A stretch of DNA of 38,459 nucleotides from a virus. Lineage: Duplodnaviria > Heunggongvirae > Uroviricota > Caudoviricetes. The stretch lies in the IMG/VR virus record IMGVR_UViG_2896607866_000012, positions 1 to 38,459 of that record. One strand, written 5' to 3'. Of the stretch, positions 1-10,534 are shown in pieces. Made by a program: the position numbers and the translations under genes. The number at the start of each line of letters is the position of its first letter. The stretch's first letter is position 1. The notes under the pieces were generated by a model that saw only the letters and a program-made list of their open reading frames with translations, did no database searches and had not been told where the DNA came from.

Positions 1-651
1 TTAATATCCCATTGCAATGTAATACGCATCAGCAGATGAACCGTATCCTGAACCGGGCGACACAGTAATATTAAATCCAGTGTTCTGGACACTTGTCGCC
101 GATACAGTCGGCTGCCCTGCCGCGCCAGTAACGTTCAATGTAACTACGACAGCAATGACTCTTGAGAACGTCATCGGGAACCTCATCCCGTATGTTGAAG
201 ATACATTCGGGGCACCATTCAACTGACCGCACTGTAAAATTAATCCAGACGGAAATTTTTGCGCAGCAGCCGTTACGGTATTAATTGACGCGAACAGGCT
301 CATATCAGGTATCTGATTCGCCCCTGTACCTACATTCCTTTTAGCTGCTTCTCCCAAACCAAGGTTTTCGAGAGCCGTTTTCACCGTGCCATCCGATTTG
401 ATATCGCCAAACGGATTCTTGCGGCTTAACAGCAGCGCGCGAAGTGCGGTAAGCAACTGATCGTGCCGCCCCTTCTCTAGGCTGGCACCGGATGCCTCCA
501 CCACGCTGCAAAGCTCCTCCTGCAACATGTCAAAGTAGTCATCATCCAGATCGGTGGCAAGCGTGCCAGTCTGGGGGTTACCACGGGTAAAACCGTTCTT
601 ACCCGCGCCGAACTTATCCTTCTGCGCGGTTTTCGTGTCTATACGATGCAT
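1..651 (-). CDS. phage tail fibre protein, 216 aa (e14 YcfK-like)
   Basis: Complete ORF with stop TAA at 3..1; directly downstream of the DUF2313 gene in a Mu-type baseplate module; Gly/Ser/Thr-rich C-terminus. Family assignment from memory. Confidence 0.55.
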   Translation of the reverse strand: MHRIDTKTAQKDKFGAGKNGFTRGNPQTGTLATDLDDDYFDMLQEELCSVVEASGASLEKGRHDQLLTALRALLLSRKNPFGDIKSDGTVKTALENLGLGEAAKRNVGTGANQIPDMSLFASINTVTAAAQKFPSGLILQCGQLNGAPNVSSTYGMRFPMTFSRVIAVVVTLNVTGAAGQPTVSATSVQNTGFNITVSPGSGYGSSADAYYIAMGY

Positions 652-654
652 GGA

Positions 655-1239
655 TTACTCCGGATATTTAAAAATTACGTAGGTATGCGAAGGGCAGAGT
701 TTGTTAAGCACACATTCAACGACGGTGTCGCCCCAGATACGCAACGCGGAATCACAGGGATCGCCACATGTCATCCAGGTGCTGTTGGTGGCGGCTGGCA
801 TGTTGACCTGCCAGTAATACCGCCATTCCGGCGCATTCACCGCGTCAGTACAGGCCGATGAGCAGGTGAACGTGCTTTTGTCGTATCGCGTGATGGTGGC
901 GTCTTGTCTGCCCAGGGCAGCAAGCTGTGCAAGGTAAAAATCCTCATTGATGCCGCCCGCCAGGTTAACCTTCGCATCCAGTCGTTGCTGACGCTGGCGA
1001 AGGGTCTGTGTTCCTGCGGGAATACATTCATCCGGCAGGCCGCACAGACGCTCCCAGCGATTTATCAGTTCGGTGGTGGTGCGCGGATCCAGCTCCCGCA
1101 TCAGGGCATCCGCACGCTGATGAACGCAGGTTAATGACTGTGCCGCACCGGCAATCGCCGGATCGCTGGCTGACCACGCCGGACCGGGCGGCAGCAGTGC
1201 CGACAACAGACGGATGTAATCATCGTTTGTCACGTCCAT
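655..1239 (-). CDS. tail/baseplate protein, DUF2313 (Mu gp48 / YmfQ-like)
   Basis: 194 aa ORF; position after baseplate J-like gene; start overlaps the upstream stop. Confidence 0.65.
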   Translation of the reverse strand: MDVTNDDYIRLLSALLPPGPAWSASDPAIAGAAQSLTCVHQRADALMRELDPRTTTELINRWERLCGLPDECIPAGTQTLRQRQQRLDAKVNLAGGINEDFYLAQLAALGRQDATITRYDKSTFTCSSACTDAVNAPEWRYYWQVNMPAATNSTWMTCGDPCDSALRIWGDTVVECVLNKLCPSHTYVIFKYPE

Positions 1240-2288
1240 GAAATCGTCCCCAGAACCGCCAGTTCATTTTTTGCAATGGAGATATTGTCTGCCGGTGCAA
1301 GCAACTGATGGCTGTATTCCCCGTTCGCACCGGAAATCGCCTCACTGATACGCGATACCTTCAGTTCTCCCTGCGGATAACCATCACGCAGCAGGAACGA
1401 ACGCAACTCCGCGGTGATGGCAGCCCGTATTTCCGGTGTGTCCGGCGTCACGCGAATATGAAAATCCACCGTATGTGCCACCGGCCTGAACACATACAAA
1501 TCAGAGCCTGCCACCGGGGCCAGTGGCCCGATATGTTGTCTTGCCGCCGTTTCCGTTGATTCTTCCGGAATGGGGTTAATCAGGTCACTGCTGGTAATCA
1601 TCACACCAACAGTTCCCGTTCCCATCCAGTGACGGTATGTCCATGCACGGGTAATGCCGGGCACTTCTTTAGCCCAGACGACATAGTCCCCGTCAGCCCC
1701 GCCCTGCGGCGTCCAGTAATACCGCTCAATGACGCGGGCGCGCCACGTTTCCAGATCTTCAGTATCGAATCCGCCAGTCAGGGTATCTGCAACACCGGAA
1801 GACGGCAGACCATTCACCGGCGTGACCAGGATTAATGCCGTACCGTCGTCAGCGTTACCGACCGCGCCTGTAGTTGAGCAAGTGATCGGCACACGCAGGA
1901 CACCACCGGAGCTGGTTGCATCGGCAGTTGCCGTGTACTGAACCAGGTCATCGCGCTGAATCACGCTCCCGGCAGTCACCTTCAGGCCATCGCTGACACC
2001 TTCCAAGCGCATATACCCGCTGGCAGCCGTGGCCCCCTTGCGCGGACACCGTTTCATCGCAGCATGTCGCGCCAGCCAGGACTCATCGCACAGGTCAGGC
2101 AGCATATTCATTGCCAGATAATCGATGTACCCGTAGACCGTATGCAGCGCCGCCGCATACACCTTTGCCCGCACGTCTTCATCCATGCGCCGGAGCGTGT
2201 CGCTGACGTCCAGCCTGACGAATAAATCGTTACGGAGCATACTGATATTTTCTGCCAGCGTCGGGCGCTGAAATTCACTGTCCGCCAT
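1230..2288 (-). CDS. baseplate J-like protein (Mu gp47-like)
   Basis: 352 aa ORF in conserved order gp44-45-46-47-48 of Mu-like tails. Confidence 0.7.
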   Translation of the reverse strand: MADSEFQRPTLAENISMLRNDLFVRLDVSDTLRRMDEDVRAKVYAAALHTVYGYIDYLAMNMLPDLCDESWLARHAAMKRCPRKGATAASGYMRLEGVSDGLKVTAGSVIQRDDLVQYTATADATSSGGVLRVPITCSTTGAVGNADDGTALILVTPVNGLPSSGVADTLTGGFDTEDLETWRARVIERYYWTPQGGADGDYVVWAKEVPGITRAWTYRHWMGTGTVGVMITSSDLINPIPEESTETAARQHIGPLAPVAGSDLYVFRPVAHTVDFHIRVTPDTPEIRAAITAELRSFLLRDGYPQGELKVSRISEAISGANGEYSHQLLAPADNISIAKNELAVLGTISWT

Positions 2289-2703
2289 GCGTTATCGCAC
2301 TCCACAGATCATCAAAAGAAATCATTACCGGTCCGTCACGACGCCAGAGAGTGATACTGTTACCCAGTTCATTAATCCCGGTGCGGCGGATATCCAGATC
2401 AATACGGGACACCACGCCGTCATCAATCATCCATTGCAGGCATTCACGGATATACCCCCTTACCGTCTGCACCAGCTGATTGGTCAGTTTGCTGCGCTGA
2501 AGCAGCCACAGTCGGGAGCCGTAACGGTCATTCTGTACCGCAGGCCAGGTATCCCCCCACCATCCCATCGGGACGTCGGCGTTGTCATCAGGCTCCGCCC
2601 GCCGCCAGGTAAACAGGGAAATCACCACGGCGCGGGTCAGCGGATCCAGCGGTGCGCTGGCGCAGGTGCGTTTACCGTTCACCGTCAGCCACAGTTCCAT
2701 CAT
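2275..2703 (-). CDS. baseplate wedge protein (Mu gp46 / GP46 family)
   Basis: 142 aa ORF; synteny in Mu-like baseplate module; overlapping start/stop with neighbours. Confidence 0.6.
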   Translation of the reverse strand: MMELWLTVNGKRTCASAPLDPLTRAVVISLFTWRRAEPDDNADVPMGWWGDTWPAVQNDRYGSRLWLLQRSKLTNQLVQTVRGYIRECLQWMIDDGVVSRIDLDIRRTGINELGNSITLWRRDGPVMISFDDLWSAITHGGQ

Positions 2704-3248
2704 GCCCCCATCGCTTTATCAGGTTTGTCGGTGTTACTGCCCTGACCGTTCTCTCTGTGACGATGCCCGTTATAGGCAAGCCGCATCGCTGACATGGTGG
2801 TGCCGCCGGAGTCGCACAGGTCTTTCACCTGTCCTGTCACTTCCAGGTCCATTTCAAAACGTGCCTTAGGCGCATTGCGAAACGTGATCGTTTTACCTGC
2901 ACCGTCCACCACGATCCCCTCCCGGGTCAGCGTCACAGACTGCCCCTGATCGTCATAGACAGCCACCTCACCCGTCTGCAGCCCTTTCAGGCGGTAGCGC
3001 CGGTCCGACACCGTAACAACCACCGCATGAGAACGGTCGCCATCCGGAAACAACACCACCGCTTCCGCACCGCTGTTTGCCCTTGCGGTAAAACCGTAGG
3101 GTTCAAGATGTTCAATCCCGGCTTTGGGTTCACCGGCAATCAGGGACACATCCACGGTCTGACATTTCGTGGCGGCACTGATGCTTTTCACCACTGCCCG
3201 CCCAATCAGGCCGAGGAGTTGTCGCTGCATGGCTTCAATCGTCCTCAT
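2700..3248 (-). CDS. baseplate assembly/spike protein (Mu gp45-like, P2 gpV-like)
   Basis: 182 aa ORF; synteny. Confidence 0.6.
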   Translation of the reverse strand: MRTIEAMQRQLLGLIGRAVVKSISAATKCQTVDVSLIAGEPKAGIEHLEPYGFTARANSGAEAVVLFPDGDRSHAVVVTVSDRRYRLKGLQTGEVAVYDDQGQSVTLTREGIVVDGAGKTITFRNAPKARFEMDLEVTGQVKDLCDSGGTTMSAMRLAYNGHRHRENGQGSNTDKPDKAMGA

Positions 3249-4327
3249 CAGAACGGGTCCTCCTGTACTCTGGCTTTTTTCTTTTTCCGCGCGCCGGGGG
3301 CTTCGGGTTCAGGCAGATAAGCATCAGGCGGGCCGACACGGATTTCCGTCAGGGTGCCGTTCTGGTCCTGAGTAAACGTGACTTCCGAAACAAGCAGTTC
3401 GGTATTGTCGAAACCACAGACCGGATCAAAGACAATCACCCGCTGGTTGGGCTGCCACAGCGTACCGTTACCCTGTCGCCAGCCCTGCACCACATAGGTG
3501 GTTTCATCCGTCCGCGCCGCCCGTTGCCGGGCTTCAAAGTCAGCACGCGCAATACAGCCTGCCCCCGTAGCCTGCCCTGTCTGCCTGATATACATCGGAC
3601 GGTAACGGGCAATAAATGCGTCCTCTGTACGGGCCCGCAGCGCGGTGGTGGTGGCCTCACCGAAATCATCGTCATTTCCGGCACGCTGCCCCGCCACCTG
3701 GTAAACAGAAAATCGCTCCCGGATACTCTTCTCCGTATCGCAGGAAAGGATGTTTTCCCCGAGTACCAGCGCAGTATGTGCCCGCGTTGAGCCAATACCG
3801 CCAATCACCAGCCTGCCGTGCGGGTCGTCGTAAGCCAGTGCCTGCTGCTGACCGAGTATTTTGTTGATTACCTCAATCACCGTTTCACCGTGATCAGGCT
3901 GAACATCAGGAATAACACCCGACGGCGCACCGCTGTTCACCACCTCAATGCCGAAAGGCGCAGCAAGCGCCTGCGCAATCTGTACCAGCGATCGTCCGTT
4001 AAACTGTGTCGGTTCGGCTGCACAGTCAATCAGGTCAGCGGTCAGACTGCGTCCGGCAATACCGGTGCTGACCGAACGGGCATCGTAACGAACGGGCGTC
4101 GCCTCCACCCAGCCGGTGATCACCAGCTCATCACCAATCAGCACCTCCACTTTTGAACCGTTTTTAATGCGCGGCTGAAGCGTGGTAATACCCTCATCTC
4201 CCGGCCACTGGCGGGTGATCTCCACACTGAAATCCCGCGCCAGCCGTTCAATACCGGCACCGATGCGCACCGATGTCCAGCCATTCCACTCCCGGCCATT
4301 TACCCGTAGCGTGACATTGTCGTTCAT
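3248..4327 (-). CDS. baseplate hub / tail protein (Mu gp44-like, late control D family)
   Basis: 359 aa ORF; synteny between DNA circularisation protein and spike. Confidence 0.6.
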   Translation of the reverse strand: MNDNVTLRVNGREWNGWTSVRIGAGIERLARDFSVEITRQWPGDEGITTLQPRIKNGSKVEVLIGDELVITGWVEATPVRYDARSVSTGIAGRSLTADLIDCAAEPTQFNGRSLVQIAQALAAPFGIEVVNSGAPSGVIPDVQPDHGETVIEVINKILGQQQALAYDDPHGRLVIGGIGSTRAHTALVLGENILSCDTEKSIRERFSVYQVAGQRAGNDDDFGEATTTALRARTEDAFIARYRPMYIRQTGQATGAGCIARADFEARQRAARTDETTYVVQGWRQGNGTLWQPNQRVIVFDPVCGFDNTELLVSEVTFTQDQNGTLTEIRVGPPDAYLPEPEAPGARKKKKARVQEDPF

Positions 4328-5694
4328 TGCACTGGCACCTTCAGAGGGATCACCGGCACAAAGCCGGGATGCGTAATGGCATTACGCCGGATAATGTCCG
4401 CGTCACGCGCCGCGTTATCAAACCAGGTCGCCGCCAGCACCAGCGCGGGTAAAACCTCATCCGGTGTGCGCTGAATGATCCGTGCAGACTGTTCAAGGCG
4501 CGTGTTGATATCCGCATTCAGATCTGCTTTCACCCGGCGCAGCGCCAGAAACAGCGCATCGCTGGTTGTACGGGACAACTCCTTATCAATTGCCGTATTC
4601 AGTGTGTCGCGAATGTCAGTCAGTTCTTCCCACGTCGGCAGGTCAACCGTGTTTTTCACCGCCGGTGCATTGTTCAGTGCCGGATGCGTGGCGGAAGGCC
4701 AGCAAGTGCTCTGCGCGGGTGTTGTTGCCTGCCCCACTGCGGCATTCTGCATCACCGCGGAAGTTGTTGGCGCAGGCAATCGGGTAACGGCATACGCCGC
4801 TTCGCTGATTGCGGTCGTACGAAGGGTGCTGGCAACCACGTTACGCTGCTGCGTCGCCGTGGCGGTGGTTTTACTGTCCGTTTTCCAGACGCCGCGCGGT
4901 TGCAGATCGCTGCCGAGGCTGACACCGGAAAGCGTTTTGATCATGGTGACCAGGTCGCTGGCGTTACCATAAAGGCGTTTCCCGGTACGCCACATTTTCT
5001 GCACCTGCTCAACGAAATTTTTGCCTGACGATGGCGGCGGCAGAAGTACCGAGATATCCCCCTGCAACAGCCTGGCGGCATCCGATACGGCAGAATCCAC
5101 CACTTTCATCGCATCAGAAACATACCCCAGCATTATGCTGGCATTACCGATAACGTCGTTCTGCACGAAATCCGCCACACCATCGATACTGAAACCGCTG
5201 AAGCTGTCACTGATGCAGTCATCCAGTGCAGAACAGGATGACATCAGCGTCTGCGCCGTCGCCGCACCTGATGTGGGGTAAGAGAGTTCTCCCGCTTCGA
5301 CAAACTTCAGGTCAAAGCGGACAATACGCCCTTCACTCTTCGATGTGCTGACCCGAACTTCTCCGTCAACACAGACTTTCAGCTCGCCGTATGTCGGATG
5401 GACAAGCGTGCCGGGACCGGGTTTATTCAGCGCGTCAATCAGGCGATCGCGCTGGTCAAAGCAGTCATCGCCCACCACATAAGCCGTGATGGACGGGCGG
5501 AAAGTGATTTTCCCCAGGTCTTCGGTATAGGGTTTGTCGCGGTTCGGGTATTCGTGCGTTTCCACACGACGACCGGTTCCCGCACTTTCTTCTTCAACCT
5601 TAAACGGCACACCGCGAAATGACGCGTCCTGAAGTCTGTCTTTCCACGTCATATAAACTCCGTACATAAAAAATCCCACCGGTGTGGGACTCAT
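4324..5694 (-). CDS. DNA circularisation protein N-like (Mu gp43-like)
   Basis: 456 aa ORF immediately downstream of tape measure gene. Confidence 0.6.
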   Translation of the reverse strand: MSPTPVGFFMYGVYMTWKDRLQDASFRGVPFKVEEESAGTGRRVETHEYPNRDKPYTEDLGKITFRPSITAYVVGDDCFDQRDRLIDALNKPGPGTLVHPTYGELKVCVDGEVRVSTSKSEGRIVRFDLKFVEAGELSYPTSGAATAQTLMSSCSALDDCISDSFSGFSIDGVADFVQNDVIGNASIMLGYVSDAMKVVDSAVSDAARLLQGDISVLLPPPSSGKNFVEQVQKMWRTGKRLYGNASDLVTMIKTLSGVSLGSDLQPRGVWKTDSKTTATATQQRNVVASTLRTTAISEAAYAVTRLPAPTTSAVMQNAAVGQATTPAQSTCWPSATHPALNNAPAVKNTVDLPTWEELTDIRDTLNTAIDKELSRTTSDALFLALRRVKADLNADINTRLEQSARIIQRTPDEVLPALVLAATWFDNAARDADIIRRNAITHPGFVPVIPLKVPVQ

Positions 5695-5712
5695 TAACAG
5701 ATTAATTTTTCA

Positions 5713-7548
5713 TTACCTGCCAAAGCGCGTATAGCCAACATCATGGCTGACATCAAAACCGCTGGATCGCGTTTCCATAACCCGCATACCCGGAGGCGAA
5801 TTCACAAAAGAGACCTTGATCTCACCATCAACTTTTGGCGCAGTAGCTTTATTAATCATGAAGGGATTCGGGCCTGTGGCACCGGAGGCGTTGTTTGACT
5901 GAGCCAGATCCACCACCGGATAAGGTGTGTATCCCCGTGCCGGTATTCCCGTCCCATAAGCATCATAAGCACCCGCGCCCCACTGCGCAGAGTTAATGGC
6001 ATCGACCGTGTCTCCGGAACTGTCGGTAAACCACTCAATAATTGGCTTCAGCTTGTCCCACATATCCTGAAACCACTTAACAACCGGCCCCCAGTGATTG
6101 ATCACCATCCCCAGCGGCGACCAGGCAAAAACTTTCTTAAGGAGTTCCCAGCCAGCCTCAAAATAAGGACCAATGGTTTCCCAGAGCTTCTTGAAATAAG
6201 GTCCGACAACATCCCAGTTAGTGATAATTAATCCCGCAGCCATGGCTATCGCCGTCGCAATCATGCCAATCGGCGTCATCGACATGATCCTGCTGACAAT
6301 GCTGATGGCACTGCCCACGCCCATCAATCCCAGTTTCAGAATCGCAAGACCGGCAGCAAGCCCGACGACGCCGCGAATAACCCGGGGATTTTCATCCGCA
6401 AACTTCGTGAATTTCTCCCCCAACTCCCCCAGCCACTGCGTGATGTTCTTAGCGTCACCAGAAAATGCGCCGCCAATAGCCGCAAGGCCGTTAGTTGCGG
6501 TCCCCGTCATTGCCTCCCACAGGTTGGACAGCGTACCAAGCTGAGCCTGAACACGTTTATTCAGGCTGGCCTGTTTATTCATCTTCTGCTGGATCTGATC
6601 GTAGCCATCCTTTCCTTTATCGATCAGCGCATTGACCACCTGAAGGGTTTCGGCATCATCACCAAATATTGCCTTAAGTACACCGGTTCGCTTAACGTCG
6701 GTCAGTTTTCGCAGCTTTGCCAGTTGCCTGAACATGTTATCAAGACCGCCAAAACTCCCTTTGCCATCAGTAAAATCGAGCTGTACCCCGAGTTTCTGGC
6801 GGGCCATGATTTTATTGACGTCCCTGATTTTCTTAACGCTTAATCCGGACTGGATAACTTTTCGCAGGGCATTACCTGCCGACTCCCCGTTCATCCCCAT
6901 CTGATCCATCATGACACTGATGGGGGCAAGACTCTGTGCAGCCTGAAGACCGTCCTTATTCACCATCTTCAGAACAGAGCTGGTTTTAGTGAAGAATGAC
7001 AGCATGTTGGTGTCGTCAACGCCCAGATAAAACGCCTTCTGAATTGTGTCGAACAGCCCCATCATGTCTTCTGAGGCCGTTCCGGTAGCATCCTGCATCT
7101 TTGCAGCAAACTCAGCAGCCGCTTCCGGTGTTTTTTTCAGTTGTACCGCAAGATAAGCTGTCGCTTTACCCACACCGCCAAGAATGTTTTCTGCCGGGAT
7201 CCCCTGACGCACCAGCATCTGCATCATGTTCTGGAAATCAGCCGTTGTACCGGGTAGCTGGTTACCCAGGCCAATAGCCAGTTTATTGATGTCCTGAAAG
7301 CTCTTTCCAACCTCGCCGTTCGCATCCATCATGGCGACTTTCAGCCCGGTGGCGGCGTTTTCCTGATCGGCATAAGATTTCAGGGAAAGCGTCAGACCCG
7401 CTGCCAGTCCGCCACCAAGCGCCAGCCCACCCTGTGACGCTTCTTCCGCCTGGCGTTTAAATCCCCGGATTTTCTTTTGCATTTTCGACAGCGCGGGAGA
7501 AAGCCTGTCGACACCGGTGATCAACGCCTTAAGCTCAAATTCAGCCAT
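5713..7548 (-). CDS. tail tape measure protein
   Basis: 611 aa ORF with Ala/Gly-rich and predicted helical/hydrophobic segments; preceded by frameshifted chaperone pair. Confidence 0.8.
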   Translation of the reverse strand: MAEFELKALITGVDRLSPALSKMQKKIRGFKRQAEEASQGGLALGGGLAAGLTLSLKSYADQENAATGLKVAMMDANGEVGKSFQDINKLAIGLGNQLPGTTADFQNMMQMLVRQGIPAENILGGVGKATAYLAVQLKKTPEAAAEFAAKMQDATGTASEDMMGLFDTIQKAFYLGVDDTNMLSFFTKTSSVLKMVNKDGLQAAQSLAPISVMMDQMGMNGESAGNALRKVIQSGLSVKKIRDVNKIMARQKLGVQLDFTDGKGSFGGLDNMFRQLAKLRKLTDVKRTGVLKAIFGDDAETLQVVNALIDKGKDGYDQIQQKMNKQASLNKRVQAQLGTLSNLWEAMTGTATNGLAAIGGAFSGDAKNITQWLGELGEKFTKFADENPRVIRGVVGLAAGLAILKLGLMGVGSAISIVSRIMSMTPIGMIATAIAMAAGLIITNWDVVGPYFKKLWETIGPYFEAGWELLKKVFAWSPLGMVINHWGPVVKWFQDMWDKLKPIIEWFTDSSGDTVDAINSAQWGAGAYDAYGTGIPARGYTPYPVVDLAQSNNASGATGPNPFMINKATAPKVDGEIKVSFVNSPPGMRVMETRSSGFDVSHDVGYTRFGR

Positions 7549-7723
7549 GTGTGCGTTTCTCCTGCTCTATCCTGTTTGCCTGACTGACCAGTAAGGGAAT
7601 TTCACTGATCGGCATATTCAGCAATTCGAAAGGATTAATGCGCCAGTAGCTGGCGCAATCAAAGAAGCGATCAGTAAGGTATTCAGCCGTCAGGCCTGGA
7701 GGAAAAAACCAGCCACAAGCCAC
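7541..7723 (-). CDS. tail assembly chaperone, -1 frame extension (G-T-like product)
   Basis: ORF in -1 frame overlapping the 3' end of 7690..7959; reached via slippery heptamer T_TTT_TTC; no credible own start (GTG). Confidence 0.5.
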   Translation of the reverse strand: MACGWFFPPGLTAEYLTDRFFDCASYWRINPFELLNMPISEIPLLVSQANRIEQEKRTHG

Positions 7724-7959
7724 GCCGCTGCATTCAGGTCTGCCGGAGACATCTGGTCGACAGAGCTTTGCGGCACTTTCGCCAGCCGCACAATATATTT
7801 CGACACCACATGCGCCAGAAGTCTGACGGACTCATCCTGATTCATCTGGTAGGGATACCCCAGCTCGCGGACATCCTTCCCGGTGGGCTCATCAAACTCC
7901 AGTACGGAGAGTGTCTCGCCATGAGCGGTAATCGGTTTCTTTAACTCAAGCTCTTTCAT
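7690..7959 (-). CDS. tail assembly chaperone
   Basis: 89 aa ORF between tail tube and tape measure; conserved position for chaperone. Confidence 0.55.
   Translation of the reverse strand: MKELELKKPITAHGETLSVLEFDEPTGKDVRELGYPYQMNQDESVRLLAHVVSKYIVRLAKVPQSSVDQMSPADLNAAAWLVAGFFLQA
7702..7708 (-). other. programmed -1 ribosomal frameshift slippery site (T_TTT_TTC on minus strand)
   Basis: Minus strand reads gct ggt ttt ttc ctc cag gcc tga in frame A and ...tgg ttt ttt cct cca... in frame B; heptamer in X_XXY_YYZ register. Confidence 0.5.
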
Positions 7960-8315
7960 TACTGGTAATCCCCTTCTTCACCGTGGAACTCAAGATCGAC
8001 CGTGCCTTCTTCGGCATTATGGTTCGCTTCGCCGTGCAGCCAGGCAGACGACAGTACATAGACCTGACCGTTCGCCAGCTCGGCAGTGATGGTCATCTCA
8101 TCAGACGAGGTGATTTTGCTCACCGGAAAATTCTTCGGCACCTTGAAGGTCCCTTTGACATAAGGCGCACGGTGAGTTTCCTTGCGGTCCACTGAACCGT
8201 CCAGGCCGATGATGTCATCATTGACCGTCCTGTTCATGGGCACCTCAATGCCGCCGGTCAGCGATAGCTGCTGACCGTCCATTTTGAAATAACAGGTTCC
8301 CCCGATACGGGCCAT
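7959..8315 (-). CDS. tail tube protein
   Basis: 118 aa ORF directly downstream of sheath gene. Confidence 0.65.
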   Translation of the reverse strand: MARIGGTCYFKMDGQQLSLTGGIEVPMNRTVNDDIIGLDGSVDRKETHRAPYVKGTFKVPKNFPVSKITSSDEMTITAELANGQVYVLSSAWLHGEANHNAEEGTVDLEFHGEEGDYQ

Positions 8316-9811
8316 TATGCAGACTCCTCTGAATACTGAAGACGGAACTGGTTAACCACGGCAAAGACACGCAACTGGTTAACATAGTCAGGCGGGAACA
8401 GCGTGTTCAGGCGGTTCGGATCGCTGGCATCACGCTCCACAACCAGGTACTGCTTAAACAGTTCGTAGTTTTCCACGATCCCCGCACGCTCAAGCTGACG
8501 GTAGGTTGCCAGCAGTTCCCCTTTGATCACCGCCGGGGTGACAATCGCCTGACCGGGACCAAAGCGGGTACCGTCGCTGGCAAGCTTGTGACGCCCGTAC
8601 TTACTGGTAATGACGGATTTCAGTTTGCGCAGAACATACGCACTGGTATGCAGCGTCTCGCTGTCGAGGTAGCTGTTATCCGCAACCCCGTAAGCATTTT
8701 TCCTGTACGTGGTGACATCACGCTGAATGCGCAGCACCCCGCTTTCGACATACGCCGTTGCCACGCCATGAAACAGCAGGGTCTGCTGTTCGGTCATCGT
8801 GAACCGTTTCCCCTTCGGCGCAGGCAGCATACCCACCAGCTCACCGGTCTGCGTGGGACATGCCGGATCGTTGCGGATAAACACCGCTGCGCGGGCGGTA
8901 CGGCTTGCCGCCAGCTCGTCGGCAGGCGTCTGGGTCTCTTTTTCGTACCCCGCCAGGGTGATGTGCTGCTGGTTAAACTGGTCACCTGCGGTCACCAGTT
9001 CTGACAGCGTGCCGATCTTTGCCGTATACACATGACCATACAGCTGACGCGCATAGCTCCAGCGACCGCTGGTATCGTTCATCTCGGTCACCAGCGTGTT
9101 AACGGAGGCCGTGTCGTTGAACGGCAGACCGATATAATCAAACGGCTCATCCGCCATTGCAGCCACCGCACCGGTGAGAACCGGAGCGCCCGTTCCGGCG
9201 GTCCCCGTCGCCACGGCAATCTGTACGCCCGCTGGCAGCACTTCGCCCCCACCAAAGCCGTAGTAATTGAGGCTGACAGGAATTTCATTCCCGCAAAGCC
9301 CCTTATGACGCGCGGTCAGTGTGACCACGCCTGCCGAAGATGAGGCCGTAAACGGCAGGGCCGGAACGGCATTGATGGCATCCTGGATACTGCTGGCAAT
9401 CGTCGTGACGTTATCGCCGTTGGTCACCGGTGCCTGCACGCGGGTACGTCCCACATAAACATTCACCGTGCCGGTTTCGGTTGCCGCCCCGGTCACCGTC
9501 AGCGTAACCGTTGCCGCCGCGCCTGTGGCTTCCGGAACGGCAATCACATACAGCTCACCAAACGGGTCGGTCTGGCGATAAGCCTCGACCATACGCGCCA
9601 GCTGACTTCCCGCACCACAAATCTGGCGTGCATAGTCTGCCGACGGCATTAGTACCAGACTGTTGGCAACAATCTCTGCACCGTTATTGGCATGACCAAT
9701 CAGCAGCGATGCTCCGCTGTCCTGTGCAGTATTCGCCGCCGAGTTATCCATTTCCGCATAAAACAACGGAACCAGCGTATTCGACGGAATGGTGTTAAAG
9801 CTTATCGTCAT
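8315..9811 (-). CDS. contractile tail sheath protein
   Basis: 498 aa ORF, size and position typical of Mu/P2-type sheath. Confidence 0.85.
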   Translation of the reverse strand: MTISFNTIPSNTLVPLFYAEMDNSAANTAQDSGASLLIGHANNGAEIVANSLVLMPSADYARQICGAGSQLARMVEAYRQTDPFGELYVIAVPEATGAAATVTLTVTGAATETGTVNVYVGRTRVQAPVTNGDNVTTIASSIQDAINAVPALPFTASSSAGVVTLTARHKGLCGNEIPVSLNYYGFGGGEVLPAGVQIAVATGTAGTGAPVLTGAVAAMADEPFDYIGLPFNDTASVNTLVTEMNDTSGRWSYARQLYGHVYTAKIGTLSELVTAGDQFNQQHITLAGYEKETQTPADELAASRTARAAVFIRNDPACPTQTGELVGMLPAPKGKRFTMTEQQTLLFHGVATAYVESGVLRIQRDVTTYRKNAYGVADNSYLDSETLHTSAYVLRKLKSVITSKYGRHKLASDGTRFGPGQAIVTPAVIKGELLATYRQLERAGIVENYELFKQYLVVERDASDPNRLNTLFPPDYVNQLRVFAVVNQFRLQYSEESA

Positions 9812-9973
9812 CGGTATTCACCTTTTTATTCACGCGCCGGATATCACCCGCTGCTTCACGGCGCAGCCAGTAGTTGTTCTCGTCAACATTTCGCCCTTCG
9901 GCGGGCAAAAGGTCGCCGCGGGCAGGGTCAGGAACTGACCGCCCTTTAACAGGTTTGACAAACATGAGGATCC

Positions 9974-10534
9974 TCAGGAAGGAAGGGTTATTTCGGTGTG
10001 ATGTTCGATATCGCCGTCAGGCCCGTTACCGGGCTCGAGATAATCAACATCAATCGCCAGCGTTTGCAGTTCATCCAGACTGTTCAGATCATCCTGCTGG
10101 CGGGTATCGTCTTCAGTCAGCTCGCTGATGACCGAAAAATCGAACTGATAAATCAGCTCATGACGATTCAGATCCAGCAGCGTGCCGCCGTCATAGGTAA
10201 TCGGGTTACCGCACGCCTCCGGGTTCCAGCCCAGCAGAGCCTTAAAGAGCATCTGCCGGACATCGTCCACCACATCATACGAGGCAAACTGACCGCGCTC
10301 ATCACGCCCGTTACTCAGTATGACAACCACGGAGAAACCCTCTTTCAGCTCCTGCCAGTAGTCGGTCTGGCTTTTGTTTTCTCCCGGAGAATCATCACCC
10401 GGTACAACATATGCCGCCGGGAGTTTCAGCTTTCCGACCTCCGGCAGATTTTTGAACTGGGCCGCGCCTGCAACCCGGTTTTCAAAATACGGACAGCGGG
10501 CACGCAGTGCAGCAATAACAGGCGTCAGTTTCAT
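9974..10534 (-). CDS. virion protein (Mu gp37-like, DUF1834)
   Basis: 186 aa acidic ORF upstream of sheath. Confidence 0.45.
   Translation of the reverse strand: MKLTPVIAALRARCPYFENRVAGAAQFKNLPEVGKLKLPAAYVVPGDDSPGENKSQTDYWQELKEGFSVVVILSNGRDERGQFASYDVVDDVRQMLFKALLGWNPEACGNPITYDGGTLLDLNRHELIYQFDFSVISELTEDDTRQQDDLNSLDELQTLAIDVDYLEPGNGPDGDIEHHTEITLPS

Noticed and set aside
8588-9343. Plus-strand ORFs (138, 78, 103 aa) inside the tail sheath gene, and similar antisense ORFs in tape measure, capsid and portal genes
   Set aside because: They are antisense shadows of long, well-supported structural genes, with no RBS and skewed Arg/Pro-rich composition.
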